Assembly: GCF_001194135.2 (NCBI RefSeq)
Contig: NC_068982.1
Coordinates: 41,623,796-41,687,795, forward strand
DNA length: 64,000 bases
Origin: Octopus bimaculoides
Lineage: Eukaryota
Direction of reading: 5' to 3'
Position 1 is the first letter of the stretch. Each line of letters begins with the position of its first letter. The notes under the pieces are model-generated. The model saw only the letters and a list, made by a program, of their open reading frames with translations, made no database searches and was not told the DNA's origin. Of this stretch, positions 10,691 through 23,246 are shown one piece after another. The translations under genes and the position numbers were made by a program.

Positions 10691-12166
10691 AAAATAAGTC
10701 AAAGCTGAAATGCATTATGTAACATAAATGTTTAGGTCTTAAGGTATATAACCTGGAAGTTTCATTGATTCAGTAACTCTGTTTCAGTTAACAAGATAAG
10801 TGAACTAAGCAGTGTATAAAGAAGCTTGGTGTTCCCTAGTGAAATCAGTCTTGTCTTTCATTGTACATAATAATTAACACAAATGAAGACTTCCTCTTCA
10901 TTTCTCTGTTGTAAGCTTAGTAGCATAGTAAATTGTTCTTTCAAGAAGAATGTCTGCAAAAAGGCCTACGTATTTTATGACTCATAATCATATCTTAAAT
11001 TTATATCCCCAATGTGACTATTAACATTATTGAAATCATGTATTTATTTATATCTAAAATATGAAAAACAAAAATGATATTTAACTTCAGTATTTTTGGC
11101 CACCAGTGTTCAGCTTTTGGTATTAATATTTTTTAGAAAAATAAAATAGAAAAATGTAAAAAACAATCTCATTTTCCCATTTATTTATGTAATAATTTCT
11201 ACTGTCATTTATTTATGTAATGTTTTAATTTCAGTGGAATTTTGGACAATAAATTATTGTTATTATTTAACTGTGGGTCAACTCTAATCAAAAGGCATAC
11301 CAACCATAACCGGTTACTATGTATATAATATCACATTGTTTAGTGTATTCATTTCTAAGACAGAAGGATGTAATTTGAGATTTGGCTGCTATTTCCACGA
11401 TGTCACACAACTACATAGAGGCTCCTTTGTTTGGCTTGGAAAATATTTTATTGACGTAAAAATAAGAAATCTATCTACTTTTGTACTTGAATTAACATTC
11501 ACCTTGTAAGTTAAGCCAGCATCTATTAGAAATCTCAACATAAAACAACTGCAATTAAATAGTGAAGTTAAACCCAGGTTCAGTACATAATGACATCATT
11601 GAAGAACATTATTTTGATAAATATTCAGTACAAAAGCTCACTCTTGATGAACTGCAATTATGTCTTCAGTTATTCATCATAGTTTTAAATGGCAGTTAAA
11701 TGAAAGCTTCTGGAAGCTGTTGCCAGTATTCCATTACAATTCTCACACTAAATGTACTTAGCAATTGCACTTGGTTGAGGAATTAAGTTTGCAATTTTCT
11801 TCTTAAACAACCACCATATCGTATATATATATATATATATACACACACACATATAAACCATGTGTAAAAGATCCCCACTTGGTAAAGAAGCAGTTTCAAA
11901 TCTGTAAGAAAGAATTCAGTGTAGTAGTGCATGGAACACAAAGATATGTATGCAGTGTTATCTGCCTCTTGAACACTAGGCTGAGCATTCACTTCAGAAA
12001 CAGTACAAGCCATGTATATGCATCATTCAATCTTGGTAGGAAGAGAATATCCAGATAAATAAACTTCTCTCATCTCCTGCTCTATGACATTAACTGCTGA
12101 TATTATGTATAATGCGGAATTACCCTATAAAGACTTCAGTATTGGTTACATTGGCTACCAAGTTAA

Positions 12167-12336
12167 CCCTTTAGCATTTAAACTGTCCAGATCTGGCCTT
12201 TCACATCCACCCTATAATGTCATTCTAAAATTAAACAATCACATCACTGAAATCCCAAAGGTATCAGATAATGTACGACTAATTCAAAACAATGTGTAAG
12301 CATTGTATTTGACAAAATAATCTGAATGCTTAAGAG
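12167..12336 (+). mobile_element. piggyBac-like MITE, internally deleted, TTAA on both sides
   Basis: TTAA at 12163-12166 and 12337-12340; TIR-bearing ends; colinear with the 8996 copy. Confidence 0.8.
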
Positions 12337-13489
12337 TTAAATTACCATGATCACTTGTAAAGTGGTCCACTATGACACGGAAATTAATTCTTATGTTTGT
12401 GTGTATTATAAGTAGGTCTCCTTATAGATGCGGGATGCTAACTTTTTAAAATTAAACTTGTTCTAAAAATGAAGCTGGCTTAACTTTTTCAAGTTGGTAA
12501 AATGACAAAACCTGTAAGAAGCCATTTGCTATGGAAGTGGTGGTATTGAAAGTTTAATTGATATCAGATAAGAGAGGAAAACATTTGAAGTGTGGTTGCC
12601 TCTTTGAAACTTTGTTTGTCTCTGTAAAAGTGCATGTTTGGTGCTGTAATGTAATACAAGTATTGAATAAAGATCTGCAGAGATCCAATGATCACTGAAT
12701 AATTTTCCAAAAATCAGGGTTTTTATAACTGCTCATATCCGAATTCTAAGAACCACATTTCGTGAAAAATTTCTTTGATGAAAGTTTAGAATTCATATAT
12801 GGGTAGTAATTTTAACCAATGGGATTACCAACAATTATACTTGTTCGGGCGAATGACCACTATGTCATACTGCCACCTTTTATGACTTGCAACATTGGAT
12901 TCTTGATGTGTAGTTTTCAATATAAGACTAGTTGGGTTAAACAAAAATTACATACAAATTAATGACTTAAGAAAATCCTATAACACAACCTCAGTCCTGA
13001 TTGAACAAACCTATGATTAAAGGCAGTCCAGCCATGACCATCTAGTTCTTTTGTATCTGTTGGACTTCATTTTTCAAATGGTCATTCTTATTTTAAGATC
13101 AAAGTGTGATTTAATGGAATTTGGACAACAGTAAAGAAGATCCCAAGTTGGATCCTGCTTAACAGGTGTCACAGTTCCATGTTGATAGGTACGAAGATGA
13201 TGGAGTGGAACAGAAGTGCACGTGGTTAGATATAATAGCAAATGAGCTACTAATGTAATGAAAGGAGAAAAGTGTGGAAGAAATAACCAACTTCAGGAAA
13301 CATCTTATTTTAGAATAGAGGTTTGGGAAGACTGTTCACACATATTAAAACGTGATAAGATGCTTCCAATTTCACCACTTAGTGGTCTAACATGAATAGG
13401 TAGTGTTAGACCATATTCATATCAGACAGATTTGAAAACTATTGCTGAGAATATAGCTTAACTTTTTTAAGACTTCTCATTGGCAAGAC

Positions 13490-13550
13490 ACCATTGATGA
13501 ATAATGTAAAAGTAATCCTCAGTAGATTTGGTACACCAGAAACAATAGTA
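13490..13550 (+). mobile_element. Possible LTR-retrotransposon integrase remnant
   Basis: Translates NNVKVILSRFGTPETIV, similar to the Gypsy integrase IFSRFGIPETLV(SD) motif; very short. Confidence 0.25.
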
Positions 13551-13732
13551 GGTGTCATTTGTGGAAAGAAGATTCTTGATTGCAAAACAACTTATTGCTT
13601 ATGATCGTATCTAATAATTTTTTGTGATAGAAAAGAATAATTCACCAAGAATTACCTTTAACATTATTTTCAGTATATGGCTTAGGTTGGACAAATCATA
13701 CCTACAAAATCATTTTCACTCAACAGTACAGA

Positions 13733-13788
<56 letters not shown>

Positions 13789-13899
13789 TATATGAAAGAA
13801 AAAAAAAAAAATCAGTGACTCTTAAACCTCAATCAAATCCACATCAGTTGTTTTCCTGATGCATTTCACTAAAATCCTACATCATCTTAAAATGAACTT

Positions 13900-13974
13900 T
13901 TTTTTAATTTTAAAGAAAAAAAGACATAGATAAAGAGACAAAGTACAGAAAATCCCAGTAAGGCAATGTTTATT
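13900..13974 (-). terminator. Likely polyadenylation site of the Pep-like gene
   Basis: AATAAA on the minus strand at 13974-13969, followed by a U/GU-rich downstream element (about 13950-13900). A second AATAAA lies at 14044-14039. Confidence 0.4.
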
Positions 13975-16900
13975 GTGGCTACTACATGACTACAATGAAG
14001 GGAAGGGAACTATGGCCCAACAAAACTGCAGGGAGGCTTTTATTTTTTGGTTTGTTTGGTAATTTTTTTTAAATATTTTTTTCTTAAGTTTATAAGAATA
14101 CTTGATTGATAATTCTGCTGAGAATGTTTAAAGTGAGTAGTAGAGGTCCAAATACTTGGATTCAATAAACTGACAAGAGATGACAATGGAAACAAAGTTG
14201 TCATCAAGCGAAAGTAGTCACTTCAACTGATGACGAAATACAGTGCAGTGGTTCAAACAACTTATACTGGGACAAAGAGAAACATCAATAACAAAAAGTA
14301 ATAAACATAGTTGATCAATAAATTAAAAACCCTTACTTTGAAACACTTTAAAAAAATCACGAGAAAGATGGGTGGTGGGGCAATGGGGAATTTTAGAGAC
14401 AGTAAAAAGGTTCTGTACTGCCTATCAATAAAATCAGGTATGGTTTTTTAATACTAATAAGCATTTGGGAATGAAAGAGAGAGATTTAAGTTGACATACT
14501 TAGGGAATAATAAACTGACAATAAATTTATGGTGGTTGGTTCAGTAAGGGTTAAAAAAAAAATTAACAATTAAAATAAAAGCAGATGTACCATAATGGGC
14601 AAAAGTATATAAGCAACCATACACTTAAAAGGAAAAGGCTTAACCTTTTTCTTGGTCCAAATAACAGCTGCAATTTATCTTACAAGGGACAAGAAAAAGC
14701 CCAATAAATTATATTGCAGTCAATGACAAGCAGTTAATGAATAAAGTCGTAAATTGTAAAATAATAAAATGTCCAAATAAAATAAACAAAGGTAATAAAT
14801 ATCTACTATTATCCTATTTCCACCCTGACATCACTTAGGATATTACTTCAATTGATTGTCATAATCAGACAGGGGATGAAGGAAAGCTTAACAAAATCTA
14901 AATGTGACAATGAACAGAATTAAGCCAGCCATTTTAGGGTGTCAGCATCAGATAGTTCCAACAAAATAAGCCTTTAAAAGGAAGCACAAAAAAAAAATAA
15001 ATAAAGTAAAAATATTTCAGTAAAAGAAATGGGTGTTACTCCAAAGATTCAGAACACACTAAGATTAACTTTTCACTTCTAAGTTAATTATATTCGCTCC
15101 AAAAATCACCCAAAATTGCTTGTGATTAAAAATTTGAAGGTAGTTGAGTGAGACTCTCATTCACAACCAAATAGTTTGATCTGTGGAACAACACACTACA
15201 GCAACATAACAGATTTGGCAGTATGTAAAATTCTGAAACAGCCTTTCTAGTTCTTGACTTTGCAACAGTGAATGCACTTTCTTACAAACAAGATCAATCT
15301 GTGGAAAGTTAAATGTCAGAAACTAAAGGATTGCTATCAATAAACTGTTTATAAAGCAATAGTTAAAGCTTAAGATTTGCCCTTGATGAAACAAGTTTCT
15401 TTTAACCCAGCCTTCCCATCTTAGTTCTTTTTGTCAATAATTGAAAAGAGAGAGAGAGGGGAGTGTGTTTATGTGTAAAGCTATGATGTACTTTCCAGCC
15501 ACAATACGTACATATTTTTAAAAACGAAAATGACTGAAAACAAATATCCAAAGTGAGGCACTGTGAAATAAAGTTTCTGCAATTGATTTATTGTATAGTC
15601 AGATCATTTCTGGCCACCATCCAATTACACAATGGTGTTTGTGTTTCTCAAAGCAAAAAACTGAACATACTTCGGATTGACAACTTTACAACCAATAAAA
15701 CCATAAGTCTTATGAAGGTAATTTAGAATACATTTAATTCACAATATCATGATTTTCTGCAGAAGAGCAATTAACAAACCTTAAAACCTTATAAGAAGGC
15801 TTGGTTTATTTAGGTTTTTTAGTACAACTAAACCAATGTATAAACACTACTTTAATAACAAGAAAGCATCATGATGTAAATAGAATTTTCATTAAGAATA
15901 ACTGGTACAGAAGAAGCACTGCTATGTCAAAGAATTGAACAGAAAACTAACTTCTAAAAAGATACTTTAAGATATATTATTAAGAGAAAGCTAACATATT
16001 TCAATGAAAACAATCATTTTTGAAATTTTCCTCCCCAGCTTATTAAGACAAAGAGGTGAAACCATTTTTCTCCTTACTGCTAAATAGACTTAGAGAGAGA
16101 TGGCAGTAAGTTAATAACACTAGTTTTAAGCAATAGAGAAAGGGCAATCACATTACGCCAAAAGCACAAAGAACAAGAACTCTGAAAGAGCACCGGGTTT
16201 TGGAAGAAAGATATTATTAATAGGAATAAAACAGTGAAGAATTGAAAGAAAATTTCGTTTTTTTTTTAATGACAAGTTTAAAAAAATACAATGAAAGTTT
16301 TATTATATATTTCTTTCTTGAAATCTTTTTTTTTTTTGTTTGTTTTTAAATTTATTTTCTATTGCCCAATGAATATACCTCTTTGTAATCAATCAAGGTT
16401 TGAAGCCTTTCATTTATTATGCAGTACCACAGATCATACAATAAGCCAATGTTTAGGCCACTCTGAAAATGCCTGTTATGGCATGAGATTTAAGAAAAAA
16501 CTCAGGCATCAAAAAAAATTTTAAATGAAAATTAAAAATGAAATACAGCAATCAGAAATGAGAATATCTCAAGTTTTCTTAGACAACAGCTGCATCATTT
16601 CAAATGGTTATACTGTCTTTTTGCTTCAAATGATAATGATGAATTAATGGCATCACAGATATAAAGTTGTCATTGTAAAAACTTTTCAACAAAAGCAATG
16701 TTGGAGCAAAAGATGTAACTCTTGCACATACTCACCTCTTGCCAAAAGAATAAATAAAATAAATAAAAAAACACTGATAAAATATTCTAATATAGACATT
16801 AGGTTAGTAATATGACCATAAAAATGTAAATTAACTATATGGCATTTAAAATATTATTAACAATATACCCATATGGAGATGATCAATAATTTACATAGAA

Positions 16901-17404
16901 ACATATCTAAGTGTAACTTAATGGCTAATAAAGAAATTTCGTAAAAATTAATACAAGTATTTTATTGTAGAATATGCTAGAAAATACCATCAAGACAGAA
17001 ATGACAAAGCTTGAAAATTTAACTAGTTTCTACTTAAAATAGTGTGTGCGTGTGTGTGTGTTTGCACACGTATACACACACACACAAAAAAAGAACCCCA
17101 AAAAACAATAAAAAGATGAAGTTTTTCATCAATTCATCCAACTACAATGCTGAGATAGTTCTAAATATTTACTGTCATAAAACAAATTTAATTATGGAAT
17201 TTATGATAAATTTTAAAATGTCTGACTTTAAGCTGTACAAATCATGAATGAACAAAAAAAATTATTGTATGTGAAACATAATAGTTTTCATATGGCTGAT
17301 TCTTCAAAATGTTACTAAGGTAATATTTTAAAGCTCTAAATTTACTTCTGAATCATATCAACATCAAACCACTTATATGTAATCTCTCTTCAATAAAAAT
17401 GGAA

Positions 17405-17444
<40 letters not shown>

Positions 17445-18278
17445 AAATACTAACAACTTTGGCTAATTGCTTTTTTTTTATACACTTTCCCACAAAGTCA
17501 ACAGAATCACAGATTTAAAAATAGATTTTCAGACAAAAATCCGAACCACTGACAGAAAGGTATGGTTCAGATTTTAAGAGTTTTAAGTGATAATTATAAT
17601 GTCAGCATTTGGTAAATAACTGTAATAAGATTTAAGTTCCAGTGTAGTTAAAAAAAAAAAAAAAGAAAAAAAAAAGAGGAAACAAAACTCAGAAAGTAGC
17701 AACAATAGACTTCTTGGTGGGTTACCAATTCCCTACTGCATGATGGATTTTATTTGCTACAGTGGAAAAGACTGCATAAATAATATTTCTTTAGGCATCT
17801 CTCCTTATGCCAGTGAAACTTTCTGCTTGAGTAGTTGTTGATAACAGTATTAATTAGTAATAGCATTAGTAGTTTGTTTCTTACAATAACAGTGATTTCC
17901 ATTTGATATGTGTTTTCTGTCAGTTGAATTTTAAGAAAATACCCATAAAGTAATATTTTAATATTTATGTTGTTATCTTAAAATCTCAAAATTAGCATGT
18001 GTGTGTATAAACAAAATCGATTTTTTGGTAGGTCTCAATTAGTAATATTCTTTTACAATCCTAATATTAAAAATTTGGTATCATACAGGTCGACTAAAAA
18101 TGCTTGCTCACTTTAAGACTAAACTTCTACTACCCAACAAGACCAACACCCTAGTTTGACTAGAAGTAAAAAAAAAAATAATAAACTGATAAGAATGAAA
18201 AAGAAATAAAAAAAAAAATATTTCGTATGTGTATTTGGTGTGCAAGATTCTTGATGTAAATACGTGTGTTGAAAGAAA

Positions 18279-18500
18279 TACTATTAAACCTTGGTCGGTA
18301 ATAAACACACACACTGGTTCAGTCCTTTATTTATTTATAAATAGTATTTAGTTCTTTTTTTTTGTTAAATTTTTTTGCAAGAGTGCAATGAAATGATTTA
18401 ACAAAGAAAAAAAACTAAAAACTGTTTATAAATAAATAAAGGACCGAACCAGTGTGTGTGTTTATTACCGGCATAATGCCTCTCCCAAGGTTTAATAGTA
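18279..18500. repeat. Long imperfect inverted repeat (fold-back)
   Basis: 18296-18370 pairs with 18470-18396 (70/75 Watson-Crick); 18279-18294 pairs perfectly with 18500-18485. Confidence 0.95.
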
Positions 18501-18631
18501 AAAAAAATTTAACTGAAGAAAAAATTTAAATAGGCAATGAAAGAAAGAAAGAAAGATTATATTCTCTATCTACATTCTTACAAAACATAATGTTACAACT
18601 GAGTCTCAGTCCTAACAAAATATTAAACAGA

Positions 18632-19120
18632 NNNNNNNNNNNNNNNNNNNNNNNNNNNNNNNNNNNNNNNNNNNNNNNNNNNNNNNNNNNNNNNNNNNNN
18701 NNNNNNNNNNNNNNNNNNNNNNNNNNNNNNNNNNNNNNNNNNNNNNNNNNNNNNNNNNNNNNNNNNNNNNNNNNNNNNNNNNNNNNNNNNNNNNNNNNNN
18801 NNNNNNNNNNNNNNNNNNNNNNNNNNNNNNNNNNNNNNNNNNNNNNNNNNNNNNNNNNNNNNNNNNNNNNNNNNNNNNNNNNNNNNNNNNNNNNNNNNNN
18901 NNNNNNNNNNNNNNNNNNNNNNNNNNNNNNNNNNNNNNNNNNNNNNNNNNNNNNNNNNNNNNNNNNNNNNNNNNNNNNNNNNNNNNNNNNNNNNNNNNNN
19001 NNNNNNNNNNNNNNNNNNNNNNNNNNNNNNNNNNNNNNNNNNNNNNNNNNNNNNNNNNNNNNNNNNNNNNNNNNNNNNNNNNNNNNNNNNNNNNNNNNNN
19101 NNNNNNNNNNNNNNNNNNNN
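18632..19120. other. Assembly gap (489 N) covering the stop codon of the Pep-like gene
   Basis: Run of N. Confidence 0.99.
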
Positions 19121-19499
19121 CAACCTCTTCGTTCACTTCCTCCTCTACCTCTTCCTCCTCCAAGTCTTCAATATTATTATCCTCATCTACAATAGTATCT
19201 TCATCTTTACTCTCGTCTATCAAAGTCTTTTCTAATTCTCCCTCATACTCTTGATTTTCTTCATCTGATTTCATGTCGGCTTCAAGGCGTTCATCTTTAA
19301 TTTCCTCATCCTCATCATCTTTACAAGCATCTTCCTCCTCCTCCTCCTCCTCCTCCTCCTCATCATCTTCAATATGTTCATCATCAACATTTTCTCTTTC
19401 TTCTCCATTCTCATTGTTTGGGTTGTCTTCATCTTTCTCCAGTTCAGCTTCAGCAGCTTCAGCCTTTTTCTTAGCTTCGATCTTTTCACGGATGATTTT
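19121..19499 (-). CDS. Pep: Pep/CIZ1-like exon 11 (KIIREKIEAKKKAEAAE... Glu/Asp-rich tail); 3' end and stop codon hidden in the N-gap
   Basis: Acceptor TTTTCTTCTGTTTTCAG at 19502-19500; phase 0; long acidic open frame running into the 489-N gap. Sequence beyond the gap does not look coding. Confidence 0.88.
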
Positions 19500-20142
19500 C
19501 TGAAAACAGAAGAAAAAACAATATTGCCTAAATATTTTGCAAATCTTTTCTCCACAGTAGTAGCAATAATATCTCAATTCAAAATCTCTAAACCATGCTG
19601 GTCATTATCTTAATTCTGTCCTAGCCATGACATTGTGTAATTGTCATGAGTGAATGTCACCATCATGTGAGGTGTCCTTTGTTTCCAATTTTCCAAGGCA
19701 TGTCTTGTCACAGGAAAATATTATATTGGGAAATAAGTGAGAGTTGGCAACAGGAAGAGCATTCTGCTGTAGATCAGTCATGTGATAATGACTAATATAT
19801 ATCCATTATTCATTTTTATGCCCGTTTTCCCAGGCTAACAAAGGTTAGACATATATCATTGAGGTATTGTTTTATAGTCGGTGCTCTTCCTGTTGCTAAC
19901 CTTCACTTGTTTTTCAAGTAAAAGGATCTCTTATTTCTCTTTATAGAGTGTAAATTTAAACAAATAGACACACACATGCAAAGAGACATACAAATTTCCA
20001 TGAACCAAATTCACTCACAAGACCTTTGGTTAACCCAAGAAGACAACTGCTCAAGGGGCCACATAGTAAAATCAAACCCAAAAAGCACATGGCTGGGCAA
20101 CAAACTTCTTACCATTTATATATATATATATATATATATATC

Positions 20143-20614
20143 ATCATCATCGTTTAACGTCCGCTTTCCATGCTAGCATGGGTTGGACGATTTGACTGAG
20201 GACTGGCGAAACAGATGGCTGCACCAGGCTCCAATCTGATCTGGCAGAGTTGCTACAGCTGGATGCCCTTCCTAACGCCAACCACTCAGAGAGTGTAGTG
20301 GGTGCTTTTACGTGCCACCGGCACGAAGGCCAATCAGGAGATACTGGCAACGGCCACGCTCGAAATGGTGTTTTTTATGTGCCCGGTACTGGCAACGACC
20401 TTGCTTGAATGTTTTCTAACATGCCACCGACACAAGTGCCAGTATATACACATATATATCATCATCATCATCGTTTAACATCCGCTTTCCATGCTAACAT
20501 GGGTTGGACGATTTGACTGAGGACTGGTGAAACCAGATGGCTACACCAGGCTCCAATCTGATTTGGCCGAGTTTCTACAGCTGGATGCCCTTCCTAACGC
20601 CAACCACTCCGAGC
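20143..20614 (-). mobile_element. Two tandem 5'-truncated RTE-type 3' ends (20143-20450 and 20458-20614)
   Basis: Both read on the minus strand ...GTTAGGAAGGGCATCCAGCTGTAG...CCAACCCATG(C/T)TAGCATGGAAAGCGGA.GTTAAACGATGATGATGA. The same tail follows the RTE ORF end at 36560-35825. Confidence 0.8.
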
Positions 20615-22056
20615 ATCCTGTCATATGATAGCTGTCTTACATTCAGCCTAATTGTCTTGACTTACTTTCATTAATGAATAGTGAGACATCTGTAAGTCAT
20701 TAGATTTAAATGACAAAAAAGGGTACAACACTTCTGCTGCTCCCTTGGTTCCCATGGTAGGTTCCAACAGCAAGCATTGCAAGATGACCGGTACTATTTT
20801 CACCGCAAATTTTATGTCAATGTATCTTTCTCTGAGAAGAGCTACCTTCCTCCATGGCTTTGTCAAAAATAATGAGAGCCTCTATCCCTGGGAAATCTAT
20901 TTAACCTGTAGATGGGCCCTGGACAGGTCAGAACAGACTTGGGAGTAATGGTAATTAAGGGATGGTGCCACACTTACCACAACTCTAAAACTGGAGCCTC
21001 ACCACTTGATGCAGTTTAATGTCATAATCAGGCACACACAGACACACACACACATAAATAGAACATAAAAATGAGATATGAAGTCTACAAGATGCATTGC
21101 AGGTTACAGGTCTAAGAGGTCAGTAGCTCTGAATAAGAGCTGAAACAGGGTAGAGGAGACACAGTAGTAGTTCTACTGGAAACAGACTTTTCAGAGCCAG
21201 TATCATGATAAAGATAAAATCCAGCCAACTCTCAATAAAAGATAGACCAAGCAATGAAATTGGACAGTTTTCTCTGTTGCTATGTGTACAAGAAGGTGCA
21301 GACTGTAATGAGTGATGACTTGTTCAACGAGGGAAAATGGACAAAAGCTGTTGATGACATGCTGTAATTACAATGACTTATGCAGCTTCAAAATTACCTA
21401 ACAAATTATGTAGCTTCTTTCTTTATGATCATTTGCAAAGTTAAAATTTAATACATTTGGCTACATATCAAACAACAAATGCTGGTAAAAATGAATGCAT
21501 TTTTGTGTCTGCATTTCTATACACTAACAGGGCTTGAACTGATGGCTACAGCACAATACAGATTTTATTTGGGGTTATCACCCACTCTGTTAGGTGCATC
21601 ATGGATCAACACATCCATACATCACGTTTCTGACAGTTTCTATAGCTGAATGCATTTCCTTTTGCCACTCCCTTTACAGAATATACTGAGTGCATTTATC
21701 ATGGTACCAACACAATAGAGGTTACCATTTCCTCAGTAGGACTAAAGATCCCCTTCTTCCTGCAGAGAGAGAGAAATAATTCACTTTCACAATAACTATT
21801 TAAACAAACATTTATGCAGTGCTTTAACTGAAAACACATAAACCTATCTTTAAATTCCACAGTCTACTCAGAGCAGTCGTTAAATGGGAAAGAGATTTAG
21901 TCATAAAAAACATGCATGGTTAAAAAACAGAAAATAGCAGCAGGAACTGTATAAATTCAGTTCTCTGAAAATTCATTTTTACTTCATGTGGACATCTTCA
22001 TTGTTTATAAAGGAGAGAATAAATCAATTGACATCAGAAAATATTGTTTACTTTAC

Positions 22057-22178
22057 CTCAAATTTTTCGAAGTGACTCTTTGATTGGCAATGGGTGTTTT
22101 TCGCAGCATTCTCATTATTATAGAATTTATGACATAACTTGCAAAAATAACCAGATACAGCAATAATATAATTCTGAC
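22057..22178 (-). CDS. Pep: Pep/CIZ1-like exon 10 (GQNYIIAVSGYFCKLCHKFYNNENAAKNTHCQSKSHFEKFE), matrin-type zinc finger 3, phase 1 to 0
   Basis: Acceptor TTCTCCTTTATAG, donor GAG|GTAAAG; 122 nt. Closely follows the CIZ1/Matrin-3 finger pattern GY-x-C-x2-C-x-KFY...HC-x-S-x2-H. Confidence 0.93.
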
Positions 22179-23182
22179 CTATAAAGGAGAAAAAAAAAAC
22201 ATGAAATTAAATGTATGAAATGCAGCATATGACCTCGTCTTATAACTGCTGAGCGAAGTGCTTTATCAGTTTGTATGTTTTTAAGCATTCTATTATTATG
22301 AATGTAGTCAAGTCAGATGGATAATTATTTGGACAGTCAAATATATTCTTATAACTACATAAACCATAAAGTCGTCAAGGAAACTGGTATGATCAATCAT
22401 TAGATGAAGTTGATAGTCTCTGTTACCTCAATCTGATACTGTAGAAAGAGTTAGAAGGAGCAGCTAAGAGTTGTTTGAAAGTCTATTAGCAACAAAAGGT
22501 TTCTCTCTTTACATGAAAGGGAAACTATATGAAGAATATGTAAGAAATATGATGCTACAGAGTAGAGAAACACAGACATTAATGTGGAAAACAAATCGAG
22601 ATAGGAAAGAAATGAGATGAACACGACCTGTTGGGTGTAATGTTAACCTGAATGAAAGATAAGAGAGCTGAGAGAGAGGTTGGGTGCTAAAATATGCAGA
22701 AAAATTGACTGCTGGCATGGACATGCAATGTGATTGGACAATGAATGCTAAATAGAAAAATGCTTTCAATGAAAGGTGCCTAAAACAAGGGTCAAATCAA
22801 GATATAAAATTATAGAAGAGATGATAAAAACTAAAATGAATGGTAATATGCTGGACAGCAAACCAATGCAACTCTTGTCATAAGAAAAAATCAGACACTG
22901 AAACATTATGATCATTTTTTCCCCCTTACCTTTGTACCAAAAATAGTATTTTCTTTTAATCAATTAAATTATAAAAATTTCCCAACAATTATATTTATCA
23001 TTGAATCATTGCTTTTCTTAAAAATAAGTTTGCATGGATTAAGGATGTATAAATTTGGGTTTGCTAATGCTTACTTGGGTTGGCAATATTATTATTTCAA
23101 AATATTATGCTTGAAAAATTGATTAAAATGTCATTCTTGGAAAATTTCATTAAGCAGAACCAAATCAATAAAGAATAATTAC

Positions 23183-23246
23183 CATATGTTTTGTTTTCTT
23201 CATATTCTGGTACCTCAGAATATTCTTCCATCTTATGACCCTTTCT
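23183..23246 (-). CDS. Pep: Pep/CIZ1-like exon 9 (RKGHKMEEYSEVPEYEENKTYG), phase 0 to 1
   Basis: Acceptor TTTTTTTTTGTAG, donor ATG|GTAATT; 64 nt. Encodes the PxY...YG lead-in typical of matrin-type C-terminal fingers. Confidence 0.88.

Noticed and set aside
14227-14238. CTGATGA-C-GAAA hammerhead core words
   Set aside because: No stem II between the boxes, no flanking stems, and it is on the strand opposite the likely transcript.
18590-19195. Long ORFs 18590-19195 (+), 18623-19123 (-) and the full 18612-19577 (-) call
   Set aside because: Their length comes from the N-gap. Only 19499-19121 is supported as coding; the MRYYC.. start lies in intron sequence upstream of the acceptor.
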